This document shows, one piece after another, positions 57,168-64,000 of a DNA stretch of 64,000 nt. Where the stretch lies: positions 397-64,396 of the forward strand of contig JBGSSA010000141.1 of NCBI GenBank assembly GCA_041737295.1. The letters run 5' to 3'. The position numbers were made by a program, and so were the translations under genes. Numbering within the stretch: the first letter of the stretch is position 1; each line of letters opens with the position of its first letter. The stretch comes from Bacteroidales bacterium (GTDB lineage: Bacteria; Bacteroidota; Bacteroidia; Bacteroidales; UBA10428). The notes below the pieces were generated by a model. That model had not been told where the DNA came from, searched no databases, and was given only the letters and a program-made list of their open reading frames with translations.

Positions 57168-57176
57168 TTACTTCTC

Positions 57177-58034
57177 ATGCCGGGCGATATTGAAACAGTT
57201 GACCATCGCGAGTATACCTGGAGTTCAGCAGACAGACTGAAACTGTTTGCCCAAAGCTGGATGCCTGTAAATAATCCCCGTGCAGTGGTAAATTATGTGC
57301 ATGGATTCAAGGATCACAGCAGCCGGTTTTCCCATTGGGCTGTAAAATTGGCAAAAGAGGGAATCGGGGTGATTGCCATCGATCTGCGTGGTCATGGACG
57401 TTCGGAAGGCAGGCGGGGTTATGCCGACTCGTTTGAGCGTTACATTCAGGACGTCAGGGTAATGTGCGATTATTCACACCAGCACTATCCCGGCATACCC
57501 CGGTATTTGTACGGCCACAGCCTGGGCGGGAATATCGTCACAAATTATCTTATATATGGCAATGAGTTGCCCGATGCTGCCATAATTGCCTCTCCCTGGT
57601 TCAAGCTTGCCTTTGAACCTTCAGTTTTAGCCTCGGCCCTGGGTATCCTTCTCCGGTATACCCTGCCCCGTATGCTTGTAAAATCGAAACTCGATACAAA
57701 AGGATTGTCACGCAATCCAAAAATAGGTGAGGACTATATGAAGGACCCTTTGGTCCATAACAGGATATCCCCGAAACTGTTTTTCGATATTAAAAAACAT
57801 GGCGCCAAGGCATCCCACAGCATCTATAAAATTAATATTCCCCTGCTTGTGATGCATGGAACAGCGGATGTCATCACATCCATCAGGCAAACCAGGGCCT
57901 TTGTTCTGCATGCCGGCTGCCGCACCCTTTATAAAGAATGGCCGGGATGCCTTCATGAATTGCATAATGAGGAAGGTTCCGATGAAATTTTCGATTTTCT
58001 TCTCTGCTGGCTAAACGAGCAAATAGCTCAGTAA
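57177..58034 (+). CDS. Alpha/beta hydrolase (lysophospholipase / monoacylglycerol lipase-like)
   Basis: HGFKDHS oxyanion region, GHSLGG nucleophile elbow, and a C-terminal HGTAD...H triad. Confidence 0.75.
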   Translation: MPGDIETVDHREYTWSSADRLKLFAQSWMPVNNPRAVVNYVHGFKDHSSRFSHWAVKLAKEGIGVIAIDLRGHGRSEGRRGYADSFERYIQDVRVMCDYSHQHYPGIPRYLYGHSLGGNIVTNYLIYGNELPDAAIIASPWFKLAFEPSVLASALGILLRYTLPRMLVKSKLDTKGLSRNPKIGEDYMKDPLVHNRISPKLFFDIKKHGAKASHSIYKINIPLLVMHGTADVITSIRQTRAFVLHAGCRTLYKEWPGCLHELHNEEGSDEIFDFLLCWLNEQIAQ

Positions 58035-58039
58035 GAAAT

Positions 58040-59029
58040 ATGGACAAATTCCGCACCATTGTAGAATTTCCCGCACCCGGGGAAAAAATCGGCTACACCA
58101 GCCGCTGCCTGTTTATGGGTTCCTGTTTTACCGAAGAAATCGGCGGGAGAATGCTCAGCCATAAGTTTCCTGTACTCATAAACCCCTTTGGAACCCTTTT
58201 TAATCCGGGCTCTGTTTGTGATAACCTTGAAATGCTGATTGAAGGAAGGGTATTCACAGAAGATGACCTGTTCCGGCATAACGGAATGTGGTTCAGCTTC
58301 AGTCATTATACGGGATTTGACCGGTATGACAAGCAGGAATGCCTTTCCCTTGTTAATGATTCAATGAAGTCTGCATCCTCCCTTATCCGCCAGTGCAATT
58401 ATATACTGATTACCCTGGGAACTGCATGGTCCTTTATATACAATGCCACCGGCAAACGGGTGGCCAATTGCCACAAACTTCCTTCCGGGGATTTTACCCG
58501 CAACCTGGCCGATCCGGAGGAGATTTGTGACCAGGTTGAACACATGCTCGCAGCGCTTGCAAAGATAAACCCCCGGGCACAGCTGATATTTACAGTAAGC
58601 CCCGTACGCCACTGGAAAGATGGGGCCGTAAACAATCAGCTGAGCAAATCAATACTGCTTTACAGCATTCACCGGTTGATGAAAAAACACTCAGCAATCC
58701 ACTATTTCCCGGCGTATGAAATTTTCATGGATGAATTGCGCGATTACAGGTTTTATGCCGCCGATATGCTGCATCCCTCAGAAACGGGAAGTGCTTACGT
58801 GTGGGAAAGATTTTGTGATTCATGGCTTGATGAGGCCGCGAAAAAAACAATGGCCGGCGTGACCGCTATTGTAAAAGCGCTTGCACACCGGCCGAAGCAA
58901 ACAGACCTGCCTAACCTGAAGAAATTTACCGAAAACCTCCTGAAACAGATTGATCAATTAACATTATCTAACCCAACTCTTGATTTTACACCTGAAATCG
59001 AAATTCTTACCCGACGGCTCTCCTCATAA
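58040..59029 (+). CDS. GSCFA domain-containing protein
   Basis: N-terminal MGSCFTEEIG matches the eponymous GSCF(A) motif. 329 aa. Confidence 0.75.
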   Translation: MDKFRTIVEFPAPGEKIGYTSRCLFMGSCFTEEIGGRMLSHKFPVLINPFGTLFNPGSVCDNLEMLIEGRVFTEDDLFRHNGMWFSFSHYTGFDRYDKQECLSLVNDSMKSASSLIRQCNYILITLGTAWSFIYNATGKRVANCHKLPSGDFTRNLADPEEICDQVEHMLAALAKINPRAQLIFTVSPVRHWKDGAVNNQLSKSILLYSIHRLMKKHSAIHYFPAYEIFMDELRDYRFYAADMLHPSETGSAYVWERFCDSWLDEAAKKTMAGVTAIVKALAHRPKQTDLPNLKKFTENLLKQIDQLTLSNPTLDFTPEIEILTRRLSS

Positions 59030-59078
59030 TCGAATCCTGCAAATTTCTCAGATAAACATTTATGATTCAGGAACTGCT

Positions 59079-59186
59079 AATCGAATGCAATGAGATTTCT
59101 CAGCAACCTCAAAAAAGTATAGCGTCATAAAAAATAACGTTGTGAACTTTGCGCAATTCCTCCGCGTCCTCTGCGTTAAATTTTTT
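59079..59186 (+). repeat. Core element copy D (diverged)
   Basis: It shares the 5' end AATCGAATGCAATGAGATTTCTCAGC.ACCTC and the 3' end CCTCTGCGTTAAATTTT with copies A-C. The middle has diverged. Confidence 0.65.
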
Positions 59187-59207
59187 ACCTATTCCGTAAA
59201 AAGTCTG

Positions 59208-60488
59208 CTAATGCTGCAAATCAATAATAGGAATTACACTCAGCTGGTGAATGTTCCCCGGATCTGAATATTCATACTGATACAGCCCGTCTGTGCCAAT
59301 CATAACCAGCACATCACCCAGCGGTATCACATCAAAAGCGTGAATATCTTCATATTGTGCCAGCTTGTGCTGGTCGATCTTTTTTGGATCAGCTGCATTG
59401 TAAATTTTCAGTCCTGCTGCCCCGTCACACACAAATAAAAGTGTATCATCGATCCCGAGCCCGTAAGGCTCCTCCATCTCATATTCCGCGATCTGCACGG
59501 GGTTATGGATATCGGTAATATCAATTACATCGAGCTGACTCTTGATATCGCCGCACAAGTTACCGGCCCGCAGGGTAACATATGCATAATTACCCTCCAC
59601 TACAACAGGATCACAACTGGTTGCATGACTGAACTGGGAAATAAACAACGGATTGGAAGGATCTTCAAGACTGTAAATAATCATTCCGGTTGTACTGCCC
59701 AGGAATAATTTGTTTTCATACGGATAAAGCGTTTCGATATTCCATCCGATATACAATTCCTTTACCATGATTGGATCCGCGGGTGTTGAAATGGCAAATA
59801 ACCGCAGGGAACTGTAATCAACTGTATATAAAAAGTCCTCGTAAACCGTGAAACGAGCCAATGATCCTCCCGTCCCGGTGTTTGTGGCGCCGGTCTTGTT
59901 GCCTGCGGAATTGTAATCGGCCATAAGCATGAAATCCTCTCTCCAGCTGGGATAATAGGGATATGGATTGTCTTTTTGTGCATCCACGGTACGCTCGGTT
60001 TCCTTCCAGCTTACCACAACTCCCCGGGTCATGTCAACCCCTTCAACAACCCCGTTCTCGCAATCCGGTATCATGTAAGGGAACACATTCTGAATGCGTT
60101 TTACCTCGCGGATGTCATCCAGGTTGCTGATGTCGATGGCCACAAGGTCAACATAACTGTCGGCATATAAAATATTATCCCGGATGGCTAAATCCACACT
60201 TCCCGGGATTTCAATGAACTTTATGATCTGCGGTGATTCGGGATCGGTATTGTTAACTACATGAATGCCCTTCTGGTATTCATTCACAAAAATAAAATGA
60301 TCCTTGAAATAGATTTTCCCCGGGTGAACGATCTCTTGTCCTTCAGCTACTTTGAAAGAACTGCGCAGTTCACTGTAGGTCAAATATACCGGTTCGTTGA
60401 CAGTATATACCTGCTCAATTTTGTCTTTGCACGAAATGAACAGGGCAGGAATTGCCAAAAAAGCAATTAAGTACATACTTTTTTTCAT
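59208..60488 (-). CDS. LVIVD-repeat beta-propeller lipoprotein
   Basis: Lipoprotein signal LFISCKD. Repeated motifs (NILYADSY, NYAYVTLRAG, LLFVCDGAAGLKIY, VLVMIGTDGLYQY) are typical of LVIVD repeats. Confidence 0.6.
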   Translation of the reverse strand: MKKSMYLIAFLAIPALFISCKDKIEQVYTVNEPVYLTYSELRSSFKVAEGQEIVHPGKIYFKDHFIFVNEYQKGIHVVNNTDPESPQIIKFIEIPGSVDLAIRDNILYADSYVDLVAIDISNLDDIREVKRIQNVFPYMIPDCENGVVEGVDMTRGVVVSWKETERTVDAQKDNPYPYYPSWREDFMLMADYNSAGNKTGATNTGTGGSLARFTVYEDFLYTVDYSSLRLFAISTPADPIMVKELYIGWNIETLYPYENKLFLGSTTGMIIYSLEDPSNPLFISQFSHATSCDPVVVEGNYAYVTLRAGNLCGDIKSQLDVIDITDIHNPVQIAEYEMEEPYGLGIDDTLLFVCDGAAGLKIYNAADPKKIDQHKLAQYEDIHAFDVIPLGDVLVMIGTDGLYQYEYSDPGNIHQLSVIPIIDLQH

Positions 60489-60610
60489 GGAGTTGATTTT
60501 TGGGTTTATCTTTAGATGAAGACAAGCCGGATTAGGTTGCGTGATGATTTATTTTTATTTCCACGCAACCCATTATTAAACTTGACCATCCTTTTACAAA
60601 TACACCTGTC

Positions 60611-61327
60611 ATGGCAAAAATCATTCTCATTTTTCTCACCCTGGTATTTCTTTTCCAGCCGGGCATATCCCAAAAAACCTGCGATGCAGTGTATACTGCC
60701 AATGGAAGCATTATCCGGGGCACCATCACGGAACAAAATGATTCAGTCATAAAAATACAAACGTGCTGCGGAAGCGTATTTGCTTTCCTTCAACGTGAGA
60801 TCCTGCAGGTAACCACTGAAAAATGCGTATCCGCAAAGGCCATGATTTCCCGGAAAGGATACATGAACTTCACTACTATGGGAGTACTTATAGGGTCAAC
60901 CGAAAATCAGCGATCCGCTCCGATCAGTTTGCTTATGGATCACAATTACCGGTTTGATAAATCGATTGCCCTCGGCGGCTTTATTGGTTTTGAACAATTG
61001 AATGAAAGCGTGATGCCGCTGGGGGGGAACCTCAAGCTGTTTATCCCGGCCGGCAATACCGACATATATATCGGCTCCTCGGCCGGCTATTCAGTTTCCC
61101 TGGGAAAACCTGAAGATATCGGTATAAAAAAAGCCAACGGGGGATTCCTGTTCAGCTCGGAAATAGGCATTATTATCCCTTTTTCGGCTGGCTCGGCATT
61201 TTCAATCGCCATTGGGTACAGGCACAACGTATTGCATTATGAGTTAAATAACTTCTATTATGGCGATTATGAACAAAAAAATACATATAACCGGTTGATG
61301 CTCCGGTTTGGTATTACAATCTATTAA
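60611..61327 (+). CDS. Hypothetical secreted/outer-membrane protein
   Basis: 238 aa. Signal peptide, a Cys-containing N-terminal module, and a C-terminal beta-strand-rich half ending LRFGITIY. Confidence 0.55.
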   Translation: MAKIILIFLTLVFLFQPGISQKTCDAVYTANGSIIRGTITEQNDSVIKIQTCCGSVFAFLQREILQVTTEKCVSAKAMISRKGYMNFTTMGVLIGSTENQRSAPISLLMDHNYRFDKSIALGGFIGFEQLNESVMPLGGNLKLFIPAGNTDIYIGSSAGYSVSLGKPEDIGIKKANGGFLFSSEIGIIIPFSAGSAFSIAIGYRHNVLHYELNNFYYGDYEQKNTYNRLMLRFGITIY

Positions 61328-61419
61328 GATGATTTTCTCTTTTTTGTTTAATTTTTCACCTCTGTTATTAAACAATTCTGCTAATTAATCGTTAGTCCTG
61401 AATCAATATCTCAAAAAGG

Positions 61420-63852
61420 ATGAAACGAATTAAACTTACATTTTTCATTTTACTGGTTTTTTTTTCCCCGAAAGCCATTGGTCAGCAATCAGCACAGGGA
61501 ATAATTGAAGGAAGGGTGGCTGATGCTGCCAGCAACAACCCTGTTCCCTTTGCCAGTGTTGTTATTTATGGAACTACCGTGGGTACATTGACCGATGACA
61601 ATGGATACTTTACCCTGAATAATATTGAACCCGGATACGTTAAAATTGCCGTTTCCTCCATTGGATTTGAATCCTATTTTTCGGAGGATATTTATGTTAC
61701 AAATGCAAAAAAGGCGACGATAGAAATCCCCCTGCAGGAAACCCAGGTGAAACTTGAGGAAGTGACCGTGAAAGCCTCTGTTTTCCGCCGCCAGGAAGAA
61801 AGCCCGCTTTCACTCCGGAGAATTGAAATTTCCGAAATTGAAAAAAATCCGGGCGGGAACCGCGACATATCAAAGGTTATCCAGTCCTTTCCCGGTGTTG
61901 GATCCGGGGTGTCTTTCCGGAATGATTTGATCGTCAGGGGGGGCGGACCGGCAGAAAACCGATTTTACCTCGATGGGATCGAGATCCCGAACCTGAACCA
62001 TTTTGCAACCCAGGGAGCGTCGGGCGGTCCGGTGGGCATCATCAATGTAGATCTCATTCGCGGGGTTGACTTTTTTTCAGGCGCATTTCCGGCCAACCGG
62101 GGCAATTCCCTGAGTTCTGTGCTTGAATTCAGGCAGATCGACGGAAACACTGAAAAAATGAAATTCAAGGTATCTGTCGGTTCTTCAGACCTGGCCCTTA
62201 CCCTGGACGGTCCGGCGGGAAAAAATACCACGTTCATTGCTTCAGCCCGCCGCTCCTATCTCCAGTTATTGTTCAGTGCCCTCAACCTGCCCTTTTTGCC
62301 TACCTATAACGATTTTCAGTTTAAGGTACGGACACGGTTCAATCCTAAAAATGAAATATCTTTTATTGGCCTGGGGGCTTATGATAAATCGGTACTTAAC
62401 CTGAAAGCGGATGATACGCCGGAGCAGCGATATATCCTGGGTTATCTTCCGGAAAACACACAATGGAATTATACGTTCGGGGCCAACTATAAACATTACC
62501 TTGAACATGGCTATGTATCGGTGGTACTCAGCCGGAATTACCTCAACAACCAGGCCTATAAGTACATAGATAACCAGGCTGAATTAGGCAAAACCTATGA
62601 TTACAAATCCACGGAAGCCGAAAATCACCTCAGGATCGAACACAACGGCCATATGAAGGGGGTAATGAAATATGTATACGGAATAGGGCTTGGTTATTCA
62701 GAATATACAAACCAATCACAGTATTCGGTTTTCCTCAACGATTCGCTGAATGACATACTGATCCGTTCTGATCTTTCTATGCTGAATTACGGGTTCTTTG
62801 GCCAGGCCAGCAGGGGATTCTTCAGCGAAAAACTCACTGTCTCACTGGGTTTGAGAGCGGATGGCAACAATTATGCCTCTACTATGAATAATCCTCTGAA
62901 ACAGTTTTCTCCCCGCATCTCCCTGTCCTATGCGCTGTTTCCCGGCTGGTTCCTGAATGCCAATGCCGGAACCTACTACCAGCGCCCGCCTTACACGATG
63001 CTTGGATACAGGAACAATGAAGGAGAGCTGGTGAATCGGGGCAACGATATCCGTTACATCCGGGCCGATCACCTGGTTGCCGGAATTGAATTCCGGAAAG
63101 ACGAAGATTACCAGGTTACTTTTGAAGCCTTCTATAAACGGTACAACCATTATCCATTTTCTCTCACGGACAGCATTTCGCTGGCCAGCAAGGGGGATGA
63201 TTTCGGGGTATACGGATCTGAACCGGTCAGTTCAGTTGCCCGGGGCAGGGCCTATGGATTCGAGGTATTGGGGAGGGTCAGGAATTTTGCCAGGACAAAC
63301 CTCATCCTGTCCTATACCTTTGTGATCAGTAAATCGCTGAATTCCGACCAGGCCCTTTCTGCCCTGCCTTCGGAAGTTTCCACGACATGGGACAACCGGC
63401 ATATTCTGAATGTGACAGCGACAAAAAAATTCAATCATAACTGGTCAACAGGGTTTAAATGGCGACTGGTGGGGGGTGCCCCGTATTCACCCTATGATTA
63501 TGAAAAATCATCCATAAAGGCAGCCTGGGATGTAAGGGGCATGGCCTACCCTGATTATGCACTTTATAATACCCAGCGCCTTAAGACGTTCCATCAGCTG
63601 GATATCCGCGTTGACAAGCAATACTTTTTTTCCAAATGGTCGCTTAATTTTTACCTCGACATTCAAAACGTTTATAATTTCAAGTCGGATGCGCAGGATA
63701 TGCTGATCCGGACAGAAACACTGGAAGGCCGGCCCGTTGATAACGATCCGTATACAGATGCAAATGGAATAGAAAGGTACAGGTTGAGCTATTTGTCTTC
63801 CGGGGGACAGGGGACCATCTTGCCCACCATTGGTATTATTGCAGAGTTTTAA
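61420..63852 (+). CDS. TonB-dependent receptor with an N-terminal carboxypeptidase-regulatory-like domain
   Basis: 810 aa. GRVADAASNNPVPFASVVIYGT (CarbopepD_reg-like), plug region (NPGGNRDISKVIQSFPGV), and a beta-barrel ending in ...GIIAEF. Confidence 0.8.
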   Translation: MKRIKLTFFILLVFFSPKAIGQQSAQGIIEGRVADAASNNPVPFASVVIYGTTVGTLTDDNGYFTLNNIEPGYVKIAVSSIGFESYFSEDIYVTNAKKATIEIPLQETQVKLEEVTVKASVFRRQEESPLSLRRIEISEIEKNPGGNRDISKVIQSFPGVGSGVSFRNDLIVRGGGPAENRFYLDGIEIPNLNHFATQGASGGPVGIINVDLIRGVDFFSGAFPANRGNSLSSVLEFRQIDGNTEKMKFKVSVGSSDLALTLDGPAGKNTTFIASARRSYLQLLFSALNLPFLPTYNDFQFKVRTRFNPKNEISFIGLGAYDKSVLNLKADDTPEQRYILGYLPENTQWNYTFGANYKHYLEHGYVSVVLSRNYLNNQAYKYIDNQAELGKTYDYKSTEAENHLRIEHNGHMKGVMKYVYGIGLGYSEYTNQSQYSVFLNDSLNDILIRSDLSMLNYGFFGQASRGFFSEKLTVSLGLRADGNNYASTMNNPLKQFSPRISLSYALFPGWFLNANAGTYYQRPPYTMLGYRNNEGELVNRGNDIRYIRADHLVAGIEFRKDEDYQVTFEAFYKRYNHYPFSLTDSISLASKGDDFGVYGSEPVSSVARGRAYGFEVLGRVRNFARTNLILSYTFVISKSLNSDQALSALPSEVSTTWDNRHILNVTATKKFNHNWSTGFKWRLVGGAPYSPYDYEKSSIKAAWDVRGMAYPDYALYNTQRLKTFHQLDIRVDKQYFFSKWSLNFYLDIQNVYNFKSDAQDMLIRTETLEGRPVDNDPYTDANGIERYRLSYLSSGGQGTILPTIGIIAEF

Positions 63853-64000
63853 CCTTTCGAACGAAGGCCTCCGTATAGCCCATCGACCGGATTTGTGCCA
63901 GGGCATTCCGGGCATCATCCTTTGATTCGAACCATCCGGTAGTGTAACGGCAGAAGGTGTCCTTGTCCCTTCTCACCGATATCTCGGGTAAATTGGCAAA
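63836..64000 (-). CDS. SPOR-domain protein (partial; only the last 54 codons are in the window)
   Basis: Minus-strand frame open to the window edge: ...FCRYTTGWFESKDDARNALAQIRSMGYTEAFVRKVKTLQ*. This is a typical SPOR C-terminal beta-alpha-beta pattern. It overlaps the receptor 3' end by 17 nt. Confidence 0.5.
   Translation of the reverse strand, partial: FANLPEISVRRDKDTFCRYTTGWFESKDDARNALAQIRSMGYTEAFVRKVKTLQ

Noticed and set aside
1-64000. Search for a defence system, prophage, integrative element, toxin-antitoxin pair or biosynthetic cluster
   Set aside because: Every ORF over 100 aa that is not an antisense shadow is either a recognisable housekeeping or envelope gene, or one of a few hypothetical envelope proteins. 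There is no integrase, transposase, nuclease/helicase defence signature, tRNA attachment site or abrupt change in composition visible.

Overview
The window is a Bacteroidota chromosomal segment. The evidence is gldKLMN, porP/sprF, sprA, an lpxC-fabZ fusion, a T9SS C-terminal sorting domain and TAnnTTTG-type promoter boxes. It is densely packed with conserved core genes. In order: radA (partial), rfaE2-panD-panC, a PhoR/PhoB-like two-component pair divergent from a Pho regulon block (porin O/P, pstSCAB, phoU), queG, rimP-nusA-infB, an HD hydrolase, lpxD, lpxC/fabZ, lpxA, thiL, and sufBCDSE plus a DUF59 gene. Then follow a tiny T9SS-CTD protein, an OM beta-barrel, SAM-I riboswitch-controlled hom, ung, and a 925-aa anchored propeller protein upstream of porP-gldKLMN. 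After that come manC, mlaEF, a DUF4834 gene, pdxA, ruvA, sprA and gcvH. The window ends with a lipoamino-acid N-acyltransferase-like gene, a hydrolase, a GSCFA gene, an LVIVD lipoprotein, a TonB-dependent receptor and a partial SPOR gene. I found no transposase, integrase, phage, defence, CRISPR, tRNA or rRNA genes. The unusual content is non-coding. At least 11 intergenic regions carry modular arrays of 7- and 8-nt tandem repeats from a few unit families, plus small hairpin repeats and a dispersed ~100-nt core element. The arrays are polar relative to the flanking genes. Two unrelated convergent gene pairs share the same composite cassette, and two genes end inside a repeat. Other candidates are a phased TGTAA/TTACA Pho-box-like array, a palindromic operator at the suf promoter, and a rimP-nusA-infB leader attenuator hairpin. 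All calls come from reading the sequence and ORF track by eye; no searches were run.
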